Source: Marinisporobacter balticus
GTDB lineage: Bacteria > Bacillota > Clostridia > Peptostreptococcales > Thermotaleaceae
Reading direction: 5' to 3'
NCBI RefSeq assembly: GCF_004345705.1
Contig: NZ_SLWV01000011.1
Coordinates: 72,235-96,234 of the forward strand
Length of the DNA: 24,000 nucleotides
Shown in pieces: positions 7,637 through 15,059 of this stretch. The translations under genes and the position numbers were made by a program. The notes below the pieces were generated by a model. That model had not been told where the DNA came from. It saw only the letters and a list, made by a program, of their open reading frames with translations, and did not search any database. The first letter of the stretch is position 1, and each line of letters starts with the position of its first letter.

Positions 7637-8460
7637 GTGGAAAAGGTGGAACAGGAAAGACAACTGTTGCAGCTGCATTTGCTTACCTTAATGAAAAAAG
7701 TATAAAAGTAGATTGTGATGTAGATGCTTCAAATCTTCATATTCTTCTTGGTGGAGAAGATATTGAAGAAGAAAATTTTATTGGGGCAAAAATGGCGCAT
7801 ATAGATCTTGATAAATGTATAAAATGTGGTGCTTGTGAAAAAGTTTGTAGATTTGGTGCGATACATGATTATGTTATAGAGCCATTAAAATGCGAAGGAT
7901 GTGCAGCATGTACGGTGGTATGCTCTCAAGAAGCGATTATATTAGAGGATGAAATAACAGGAAAAACCATTACAACCCGAACGAAGCAAGGGATTTTATC
8001 AAGGGCAGAAATGGTGATAGGTGCAGAAGGGTCTGGAAAACTTGTCACCCAAGTAAGAAAAAATGCGATGAAACATAGAAAAAATGATGAGATGCTTATA
8101 TTAGATGGAACCCCTGGCATAGGATGTGCCGTGATGGCTTCTATTACAGGTTGTGATGCTGCACTGATTGTTGTAGAACCAACCCAATCAGGATTAAATG
8201 ATTTTGAAAGAGTGCTTTCCCTAACGAAATTTTTCGGAGTGAAGACATTTGTATGCATTAATAAATACGATATCAATGAAGAGATGACTTTAAAAATAGA
8301 AAGCTTTTGTAAGGAAGAAGATATTGATTTATTAGGGAAAATTCCATTTGATCCAATGGTCAAAGAAGCTGTCAATCACTTAAAGCCTATTGTATGCTAT
8401 GAGGAAAGTAAAGCTTCAAAAGAAATCATAAAAATATGGAATCAAATAAACAAAATATAA
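7618..8460 (+). CDS. MinD/ParA-superfamily P-loop ATPase with inserted 2x[4Fe-4S] ferredoxin domain (COG1149 type), paralog 2
   Basis: MQLVVISGKGGTGKTT. Ferredoxin motifs CIKCGACEKVC and CEGCAACTVVC. It overlaps paralog 1 by 19 nt. SD GGGGGTGAAGG (7604-7614). Confidence 0.8.
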   Translation: MQLVVISGKGGTGKTTVAAAFAYLNEKSIKVDCDVDASNLHILLGGEDIEEENFIGAKMAHIDLDKCIKCGACEKVCRFGAIHDYVIEPLKCEGCAACTVVCSQEAIILEDEITGKTITTRTKQGILSRAEMVIGAEGSGKLVTQVRKNAMKHRKNDEMLILDGTPGIGCAVMASITGCDAALIVVEPTQSGLNDFERVLSLTKFFGVKTFVCINKYDINEEMTLKIESFCKEEDIDLLGKIPFDPMVKEAVNHLKPIVCYEESKASKEIIKIWNQINKI

Positions 8461-8475
8461 GGAGGCGTTTTAAAA

Positions 8476-8817
8476 ATGAAAATAGCGATAGCGAAGAATG
8501 GAAATACTGTATCAGGACATTTTGGTCATTGTGAAGGGTTTGAAACATTTGAAGTGGAAAATGGAAAAATTGTAGAAAGAGTATTTATTCCAAGTCCAGA
8601 ACATCAGCCAGGAATTTTACCACCATTTCTTGCTGATAAAGGTGTGAATGTCATTATTGCTGGTGGAATGGGTGGTGCTGCAGTAGAACTTTTTAAAGAA
8701 AGGGGTATTGCTGTAGTTATTGGTGCACAAGGAGATCTAGATGATGTGATTAAACAATACTTAAGTGGTGAATTGAAATCTACAGTAAGTGCATGTGAAG
8801 AACATCATCATCATTAA
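8476..8817 (+). CDS. NifX/NifB-C-terminal-like small protein with C-terminal Cys/His-rich tail
   Basis: SD AAGGAGG (8459-8465). MKIAIA......HFGHCEGFETFEV...VNVIIAGGMGGAA matches the NifX-like pattern. The protein ends in SACEEHHHH. Confidence 0.75.
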   Translation: MKIAIAKNGNTVSGHFGHCEGFETFEVENGKIVERVFIPSPEHQPGILPPFLADKGVNVIIAGGMGGAAVELFKERGIAVVIGAQGDLDDVIKQYLSGELKSTVSACEEHHHH

Positions 8818-8823
8818 GAATTT

Positions 8824-8851
8824 GGCAGAATAATTTTATTCTGCCTTTTTC
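8824..8851 (+). terminator. Rho-independent terminator
   Basis: GGCAGAAT (8824-8831) pairs with ATTCTGCC (8838-8845) and is followed by TTTTT. Confidence 0.85.
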
Positions 8852-8959
8852 ATTGAGTAATAAATAAAAAATTTATCAGAATATGAATAACTAGTGTATC
8901 AAATAATTTCTAAGAAATTTGAGCAAAGAAAATTTCAAAAGGAATTCTTTGAAATTTCG

Positions 8960-8990
8960 TTGACGAAATGAAAATATAAGATAGTATAAT
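8960..8990 (+). promoter_or_regulatory. candidate sigma-A promoter for the fur-family/DUF134 genes
   Basis: TTGACG (8960-8965) and TATAAT (8985-8990). The 19-nt spacer is longer than optimal. Confidence 0.45.
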
Positions 8991-9029
8991 GCGAATTTTT
9001 TTATATAATATAAGAATTGGGTGGTACGA

Positions 9030-9467
9030 ATGGAAAGTAAAATAGAAATCATCGAAAAGATTTTAAAAGAAAAGAATATTAAGTGTACGAACCAAAGAAA
9101 AGCAATTATAGAAGTTTTTGTAAATCAAGATGCACATTTTAAGCCAGAAGAAGTGTATGATTTAGTAAAAGGTAAAAAAATTGGGCTAGCAACAGTATAT
9201 CGAACCATAGAAATATTAAAAATACATGGTATAATAGAAGAAACTACGATCGAAAAAGATAGATATTATGAGTTAAAGTTATTTAGTGAAAAGCGGTTGC
9301 ACATTCATTTTAAATGTAGCAGGTGTAATCAAATCTACGATTATGACAAAACAGAAATGATTTTGGATTTGATCCAATTAAGAAATTTTGCTGAACAAGA
9401 GTATAATGTAAGGGTAGAAGATATAAAAATGATTATGAATGGTGTATGTCATAAGTGTAGGGGGTGA
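9030..9467 (+). CDS. Fur-family metalloregulator (Fur/PerR/Zur type; specificity not assignable)
   Basis: ATG 9030 is preceded by GGGTGG; the ORF track starts at GTG 9021. N-terminal winged helix (TNQRKAIIEVF...GLATVYRTIEIL), an HIH motif ahead of CSRC, and a second C-terminal CHKC pair give the structural Cys4 pattern of Fur proteins. Confidence 0.8.
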   Translation: MESKIEIIEKILKEKNIKCTNQRKAIIEVFVNQDAHFKPEEVYDLVKGKKIGLATVYRTIEILKIHGIIEETTIEKDRYYELKLFSEKRLHIHFKCSRCNQIYDYDKTEMILDLIQLRNFAEQEYNVRVEDIKMIMNGVCHKCRG

Positions 9468-9471
9468 AATT

Positions 9472-9945
9472 TTGGCTAGACCTATGAAACCACGAAAAAT
9501 TGCTTTTATGCCAGAAAATAGATATTTTATCCCTGTAGGTAAACCCAAATGCCATCTTGAAGAAATCCAATTAAAGCTTGAAGAAGTAGAAGCAATGCGA
9601 TTAAAAGACATTGAAAAACTTTCTCAAGAGGAATGTGCAGAAAAAATGCATGTATCTAGACAGACTTTCCAATTGATTATTGACAAAGCCAGAAAAAAGG
9701 TTGCTGAAGCACTAACAGAAGGCAAAGCTATCAATATCCAAGGCGGAAATTATACTTTGAATATTTGTAAATATCAATGTAAAAACTGTGATCATGAATT
9801 TAATGAAGCATACGAAAAAGAAGTGCATGTTTGTCCTGTATGCAATTCTGAGGAAGTTGTATGTATGGATAAAGGAAGATGCTGTATGAAAGCTTGCAGA
9901 AGACCTTGGTGTGAAAACAAAGAGATGAACCAACAAAAGAAATAA
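9472..9945 (+). CDS. DUF134/UPF0251 family predicted DNA-binding protein with Cys-rich C-terminal extension
   Basis: TTG 9472 lies 5 nt after GGGGGTGA (9459-9466) and 4 nt after the fur-family stop; ATG 9484 is an alternative start. (M)ARPMKPRKIAFMPENRYFIP...LEEVEAMRLKDIEKLSQEECAEKMHVSRQTFQLIIDKARKKVAEAL..GKAI.I.GG is the DUF134 consensus. The last roughly 60 aa contain 10 Cys, including CKNC and CPVC. Confidence 0.8.
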   Translation: MARPMKPRKIAFMPENRYFIPVGKPKCHLEEIQLKLEEVEAMRLKDIEKLSQEECAEKMHVSRQTFQLIIDKARKKVAEALTEGKAINIQGGNYTLNICKYQCKNCDHEFNEAYEKEVHVCPVCNSEEVVCMDKGRCCMKACRRPWCENKEMNQQKK

Positions 9946-10043
9946 TAAAAATATTGAGCTTAAGAAGTGTACAACAGGTGTGTGTAGATTTCTTATACAA
10001 CTTCTGCAAGTATAATATATTTTATTTAATGGAGGAAAGAAAG

Positions 10044-10424
10044 ATGAATACAATCGATGAAGCAGTTATGAAGTACTTTGATGATTGTAAAAAAGGATGC
10101 AGTAATCTTATTGCTAGTAAAGATTTATACGAAGCCATACAAAAAAAAGAAAAGTTATTTATGTTAGACATTAGAAGACCTGAAGATTTTGCGAAAAATC
10201 AGATTAATGGATCTATCAATATTTATTGGAGTGAAGTGGGAGAATTTATTGATGTTCTACCAATGGATGAAAAAATTATTGTAATCTGCTATACAGGACA
10301 AACATCAGGACAAGTGGTATCTCTACTTAAGGTTTTAGGATATGATGCATATTCTCTTAGTGGTGGTATGATCAATGGATGGATGAAGGGTTCTTTACCA
10401 GTACAGGCAGGATGCTCAACCTGA
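10044..10424 (+). CDS. single-domain rhodanese (GlpE-like sulfurtransferase)
   Basis: ATG 10044 follows GGAGGAAAG (10031-10039); the ORF-track start at 9954 is an unlikely extension. The active-site loop VICYTGQTSGQ resembles GlpE CYHGNSS. LDIRRPEDF and GSINI are also family features. Confidence 0.8.
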   Translation: MNTIDEAVMKYFDDCKKGCSNLIASKDLYEAIQKKEKLFMLDIRRPEDFAKNQINGSINIYWSEVGEFIDVLPMDEKIIVICYTGQTSGQVVSLLKVLGYDAYSLSGGMINGWMKGSLPVQAGCST

Positions 10425-10461
10425 GGTTAAGATGAATCTCTTGGAGAGAGAGAATGAAAAT

Positions 10462-10494
10462 AAAAGTCGGGAAATTTTCTCGACTTTTATTTAT
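10462..10494 (+). terminator. Rho-independent terminator
   Basis: AAAAGTCGGGAAA pairs with TTTCTCGACTTTT (one G-U wobble) and is followed by ATTTATT. Confidence 0.8.
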
Positions 10495-10523
10495 TATATA
10501 TGTGGATAGAAAGGATGAAAAAA

Positions 10524-11147
10524 ATGCCGTGTATTACAAATCTAGAACAACAAAAAAATAAAAATAGAGTCAATATATATGTGGATGATACATTTTTTCT
10601 AGGGGTAGATCAAGAAATTATTTATACATTGGGATTGAAGAAAGGTCAGGAAGTTGAAACAAAAAAATTAGAATCTATTATAGGAGAAGAAATATATCTA
10701 AAAGCAAAAAGTAAGGCTTTAAAATTATTGCATTTTGCTTCACGTACAGAAAAAGAAATGAGAGAAAAATTAGCAAAGCATGAATATGAAGAACAAACCA
10801 TTGATCGCGTCCTGACTTTTTTAAAAGAATATGAATTTATTGATGATGAGAAATTTACAAAACATATGGTGAAAAGTAAAGCAAATGGAGAAAAATATGG
10901 GAAAAATAGAATTAAGCAAGAGCTATATAGAAAAGGAATAGACAAGGAGCTTATAGAAAACACAATTATAGAAGAATTAGATCTAAAAATAGAGTATGAA
11001 AATGCCTTGAGTTTAGCAGAAAAGAAAATGCGTACAATAAAAGATACAGATAGAAAAAAAGTTTATGAAAAGTTAGGAAGATATTTAGCTTATCGAGGAT
11101 ATGATTACGATATAATTAAAAAAGTAATCAATCATGTTTTAAAATAA
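10524..11147 (+). CDS. recX: RecX-family regulatory protein
   Basis: Three-repeat helical protein with an N-terminal ...NRVNIYVDD.FFLGV pattern and YLAYRGYDYDIIKKVI near the C-terminus. The start is ambiguous (ATG 10500, 10515 or 10524). ATG 10524 has the best spacing from AAAGGA (10510-10515). Confidence 0.7.
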   Translation: MPCITNLEQQKNKNRVNIYVDDTFFLGVDQEIIYTLGLKKGQEVETKKLESIIGEEIYLKAKSKALKLLHFASRTEKEMREKLAKHEYEEQTIDRVLTFLKEYEFIDDEKFTKHMVKSKANGEKYGKNRIKQELYRKGIDKELIENTIIEELDLKIEYENALSLAEKKMRTIKDTDRKKVYEKLGRYLAYRGYDYDIIKKVINHVLK

Positions 11148-11167
11148 TAAAGAGATGGGGGAGAAAA

Positions 11168-11908
11168 ATGAGTGATTTACATCACTACACAAAGCCATTT
11201 TTTCATGAAGGAAATGATGAAGGCTGTTTATTGATCCATGGTTTTACAGGTACCCCTGCGCATATGCAATTATTAGGGAAAGCCTTAAATAAGGAAGGAT
11301 ATACAGTAAATGGAATTTTACTAAAGGGTCATGGAACTTGTGTAGAGGATATGAATGAGTGTAATTGGAAAGATTGGATGCAGGATGCAGTAGATGGATA
11401 TGAAAGATTACGAAAAAAGTGCAGTAAAGTATATGTGCTAGGTTTATCTATGGGAGGGGTTTTATCCTTATTATTGGCAGAAAAGTATCCAGTTGAAAGA
11501 ATCGTATCTATTGCGACACCTGTTTTGATCTATGATCGATTTGCACTATTAGCGCCTATTGTAAAATATTTTATGCCCTATAAAAAATGGAAATCAGAAC
11601 CAACACAGGGACAAAATGATACGAAAAATAGCATTGCCTATGCATCTATTCCAATCGGAGCTGTGCCAAGTCTCTTAAAATTGATGAAACAAGCAAAAAA
11701 AAATTTATCTAAGATTACATGTCCAACTTTGATTGTCCAATCCCATATGGATCAAACGGTAAAGCCAATGAGTGCACAGATGATCTATGATAAAATATCT
11801 TCCAAAGAAAAAGAAATTCTTTGGTTAAAGCGTTCAAAGCATGTGTGTACATCAGGGCCAGAAGTAAAATGTATACATGAGAAGATCATTGCATTTCTGG
11901 AAAAATAA
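11168..11908 (+). CDS. alpha/beta-hydrolase carboxylesterase / lysophospholipase-like (Est/YvaK type)
   Basis: SD GGGGGAG sits upstream. LLIHGFTGTP oxyanion region, nucleophile elbow GLSMGG, late acidic residue (HMDQTV) and His (RSKHV). Confidence 0.75.
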   Translation: MSDLHHYTKPFFHEGNDEGCLLIHGFTGTPAHMQLLGKALNKEGYTVNGILLKGHGTCVEDMNECNWKDWMQDAVDGYERLRKKCSKVYVLGLSMGGVLSLLLAEKYPVERIVSIATPVLIYDRFALLAPIVKYFMPYKKWKSEPTQGQNDTKNSIAYASIPIGAVPSLLKLMKQAKKNLSKITCPTLIVQSHMDQTVKPMSAQMIYDKISSKEKEILWLKRSKHVCTSGPEVKCIHEKIIAFLEK

Positions 11909-11955
11909 ATATTTAAGGTAGCATACCTAAAGATATAATAAAGCTTAAAACAACA

Positions 11956-11993
11956 AAACCCTGTTTTCTTAAAATACAATGAAAACAGGGTTT
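11956..11993. terminator. bidirectional hairpin terminator between convergent genes
   Basis: AAACCCTGTTTTC (11956-11968) pairs perfectly with GAAAACAGGGTTT (11981-11993). A/T tracts flank both sides. Confidence 0.8.
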
Positions 11994-12039
11994 GATTGGA
12001 GAATGCATATAGGATATAAGTATATAAAGAAGTAAGAAA

Positions 12040-12954
12040 CTATAATTTAGAAAATTCTACTGCTAATTTAGTACCAACTATTGCATTGTTATATACCAAT
12101 TCGATATTTGATGCTAAACTTTTTCCAGCAGTAATAGATTTGATTCTAGAAAGAAGGAAAGGGGTTGCTTCTTTTCCTTTGATGCCTTTTTCTTTTGCTT
12201 CTGTTACTGCATTTTCTATTGCATCATTGATGGTATCAAAATCCATTTCATATTCTGTTGGAATTGGGTTGCCTACAACTATCCCTCCATTTAAATTCAA
12301 ATCCCATTTTGCTTTTAATGCTTTTGCAAGCTCTACTTCAGAATCAACACGATAGTCTACTTTAAATCCACTTTTTCTTGTAAAGAATGCTGGGAAATCT
12401 TCTGTTTTAAAACCTACTACAGGAACGCCATGCGTTTCTAAGTATTCTAAAGTAAGTCCAATATCTAGGATTGATTTTGCGCCTGCACAAATCACAGCTA
12501 CATTGGTATTGCTAAGTTCTGTTAGATCTGCAGAGATATCAAAAGTTTCTTGGGCATCTCTGTGAACCCCACCGATTCCTCCTGTAACAAAAACTTTAAT
12601 TCCAGCTAAATTCGCAATAATCATAGTGGATGCTACAGTGGTTGCACCATTTAATTCTTTTGCAATAATAAAGGGTAAATCCCTTCTACTTGCTTTGAAG
12701 ATATCTGTTCCTTTTCCCATATATTCTAGTTCATCTTCTGTAAGACCTACTTTCAATCTTCCGCCTATGATAGCTATTGTCGCAGGTATGGCATCATTTT
12801 CTCTTATGATGGATTCAACTTTTCTAGCTGTTTCAACGTTTTGAGGATAGGGCATACCGTGGGATATGATTGTAGACTCTAATGCAACAACAGCGCGTCC
12901 CGCGTCTAAAGCTTTTTTTACCTCTGGATGGATATCTAAATATTTTCTATACAT
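12040..12954 (-). CDS. psuG: pseudouridine-5'-phosphate glycosidase
   Basis: Full-length match to the PsuG/YeiN pattern: VVALESTIISHGMPYPQN, ATIAIIGGRLKVGL, TTVASTMIIA..AGI.VF.TGGIGGVHR, DISADL.EL, AVICAGAKSILD. Confidence 0.9.
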   Translation of the reverse strand: MYRKYLDIHPEVKKALDAGRAVVALESTIISHGMPYPQNVETARKVESIIRENDAIPATIAIIGGRLKVGLTEDELEYMGKGTDIFKASRRDLPFIIAKELNGATTVASTMIIANLAGIKVFVTGGIGGVHRDAQETFDISADLTELSNTNVAVICAGAKSILDIGLTLEYLETHGVPVVGFKTEDFPAFFTRKSGFKVDYRVDSEVELAKALKAKWDLNLNGGIVVGNPIPTEYEMDFDTINDAIENAVTEAKEKGIKGKEATPFLLSRIKSITAGKSLASNIELVYNNAIVGTKLAVEFSKL

Positions 12955-14042
12955 AAATTCATCTCCTTTGAAATTTTTTGGATATATTTTAATGACATCG
13001 TAGGGTTAATTGTATTTTCATGCATCAGTGCTAAAATGGATGAAGCCATAGCAAACTTTGCACTATTTTCTAAAGTATAGTTATTTAAATGGCTATAAAC
13101 GATTCCTGCCATAAAAGCATCTCCAGCTCCTGTAGCATTGACTGCTTTTACTAGTTTAGCAGGTAGAAAGTTAGAAGTATTTTCATCTGCATAATATACA
13201 CCTTCTTTTCCGAGACTGATAAATATTTTTTTTACACCTTTTCCTAAAAAATAATGTGAAGCTTTTTGTAAATCATCTCTTGTATTAATTTTTATATCAG
13301 TTAATATTTCAGCTTCTAATTTATTGGGCTTAATTGTATGAAAGGAACCGATAAAATCTTTTACTTTTTTTGCTTTCGTAGTAGATACAGGATCAAGAAA
13401 AAAATGAACTCCTTTTAAATTGGTTACTAAATAATGTAAAACTTCTTGAGGAATATTTGTATCTACAACCACTAATTGAGCATTTTTTAGGATATGGTTT
13501 TTTTTTCTGATAAAATTAATATTGATTTTATCTAAAATATCCATATCTGAAATGGCGACTTTCATATCTCTATTTTCATCTAAAACAGAAAGATAGGTAG
13601 AGGATGAGGCATCTTTTAGTATGAAAGTGTGCTGCATATCGATTCCAGAAATTTTACATTCCTCTAAAATTTTATTGCCATATAAGTCATCTCCTATAGC
13701 AGAAATAAGTCTCGTGTTGATTCCAAGCTTTACTAGATTTTCTGCGATGTTTCTTCCAACACCACCTAACGAAATTTTTACCTTACCTGGATTTGAATCA
13801 TTTAAAATCAATGGATTACTTGTAAAACCTTGAATATCAATATTGGTTCCACCGATTGCAACAATATAATCTTCTTCTCGTACAATGTACCCTTTCCCCA
13901 TAATATAGCCCTTTTTCATCAAATTTGTAATATGAACAGCGACAGAGGAACGGGTAATCCCTAATGTATCTGCTAACTCTTGCTGCGATATATAAGGATT
14001 CTTTCTAATCAATGATAAAATTTCTTTTTCGCGTAAGGTCAT
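12936..14042 (-). CDS. psuK: PfkB-family kinase with N-terminal winged-HTH; probable pseudouridine kinase
   Basis: ATG 14042 follows GGTGA; the ORF track starts at TTG 14054. The N-terminal roughly 55 aa form an HTH (ISQQELADTLGITRSSVAVHITNLMKKGYI). The ribokinase-like core has GGVGRNIA and C-terminal NATGAGDAF motifs. The gene overlaps psuG by 19 nt. Confidence 0.75.
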   Translation of the reverse strand: MTLREKEILSLIRKNPYISQQELADTLGITRSSVAVHITNLMKKGYIMGKGYIVREEDYIVAIGGTNIDIQGFTSNPLILNDSNPGKVKISLGGVGRNIAENLVKLGINTRLISAIGDDLYGNKILEECKISGIDMQHTFILKDASSSTYLSVLDENRDMKVAISDMDILDKININFIRKKNHILKNAQLVVVDTNIPQEVLHYLVTNLKGVHFFLDPVSTTKAKKVKDFIGSFHTIKPNKLEAEILTDIKINTRDDLQKASHYFLGKGVKKIFISLGKEGVYYADENTSNFLPAKLVKAVNATGAGDAFMAGIVYSHLNNYTLENSAKFAMASSILALMHENTINPTMSLKYIQKISKEMNLCIENI

Positions 14043-14279
14043 CACTATCACCAACTTATGCTTATTTTATAAACTAATGCTTAACAACAGTATATCTCAA
14101 AATAGCAAATTTATCAAAAGAAATTTTTTATAATTTCCGTATATAGATTCTGAACAATTGTATCAGCGAAACACTATATTCAAAATATTTTATATAAATA
14201 ATAAAAAACAGAAATTTAATCATATAAGTTATATATATGAAATTTGTTTCATAGTCACGAAAATATTTAACAAGAGCCA

Positions 14280-14308
14280 TAGACTTCAAATGGACCATAT
14301 AGTATAAT
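14280..14308 (+). promoter_or_regulatory. candidate promoter of the XRE-cupin regulator gene
   Basis: TAGACT (14280-14285), a 17-nt spacer, then TATAAT (14303-14308). Confidence 0.45.
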
Positions 14309-14384
14309 GAATAAAAGTAAAGGAATATTTTAACAAAACAGCAAATTTATATTATATAACCATAAAAAAGTGAGGGAAAGACTT

Positions 14385-14948
14385 GTGGCAGCTGATATAG
14401 GAAAAAAGATTAAGGAACTAAGGACAAATAAAAATTTAACATTAAAGGATTTGAGTGAAAAAACTAATCTATCTATAGGTTATCTATCTCAGTTAGAAAG
14501 AGGACTTACCACCATCGCCATTGATTCTTTAGAGAACATTGCCAAAGTGTTGGATACAGATATCGCTTGTTTTTTTAGAGAACATAAAAATAGTAAAAAA
14601 GCTGTACTTCGGAATCATGAAAAAGAAGTATTCGAAATCATTAATTCTCAGTTTATCTATTACCATTTAACAAATGATGTAGAGAGTAAAAATCTTCTTC
14701 CAAGATTGATTGAAATACTCCCAAGTATGATGGAGGAAAAAATCATAACTTATCAGCATGAAGGAGAAGAATTTATCTATGTTTTAGAAGGAATCCTTAC
14801 AATGATCATCGATAATGAACAGTATGCGCTCTACCCAGGAGATAGTGCCCATATTGATTCAAATAGGGTGCATAATTGGGCGAATTATACAAACAAGAAG
14901 GTCAAGTTGTTAACCGTGCATACACCTAATTTCTTAAAGAAGGCGTAG
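14385..14948 (+). CDS. XRE-family HTH + cupin domain transcriptional regulator
   Basis: GTG 14385 follows GAGGGAAAG (14372-14380); the ORF track starts at GTG 14370. N-terminal HTH is IGKKIKELRTNKNLTLKDLSEKTNLSIGYLSQLERG. C-terminal cupin is HEGEEFIYVLEG......YPGDSAHIDSN..H.W.N. Confidence 0.8.
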   Translation: MAADIGKKIKELRTNKNLTLKDLSEKTNLSIGYLSQLERGLTTIAIDSLENIAKVLDTDIACFFREHKNSKKAVLRNHEKEVFEIINSQFIYYHLTNDVESKNLLPRLIEILPSMMEEKIITYQHEGEEFIYVLEGILTMIIDNEQYALYPGDSAHIDSNRVHNWANYTNKKVKLLTVHTPNFLKKA

Positions 14949-15059
14949 CGTGTATGATGTAAATGATATTCATATATATGAAATTGGTTTTATTATTATA
15001 AAATAAAAGGGTAAATCATGATAAGATTTATGAATGAAAATGAATAAGAAGGTGATTTT

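Noticed and set aside
5624-8817. Reading the NifX/NifB-like and NifH-like-ATPase genes as a nitrogen-fixation (nif) cluster.
   Set aside because: No nifH, nifD, nifK, nifE, nifN or radical-SAM NifB core is present in the window. The ATPases are MinD/COG1149-type with ferredoxin inserts, not NifH. The nif label reflects only the fold of the small proteins.
10500-11147. recX without an adjacent recA as a possible anomaly.
   Set aside because: In Firmicutes such as Bacillus subtilis, recX is also unlinked to recA, so the context is ordinary.
14104-14350. Exact 11-nt direct repeat AGCAAATTTAT (14104-14114 and 14340-14350) in the psuK/XRE divergent intergenic region.
   Set aside because: It is short and almost pure A/T in a very AT-rich 315-bp spacer, so a chance match is plausible. 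It has no dyad symmetry and no consistent position relative to the promoters.
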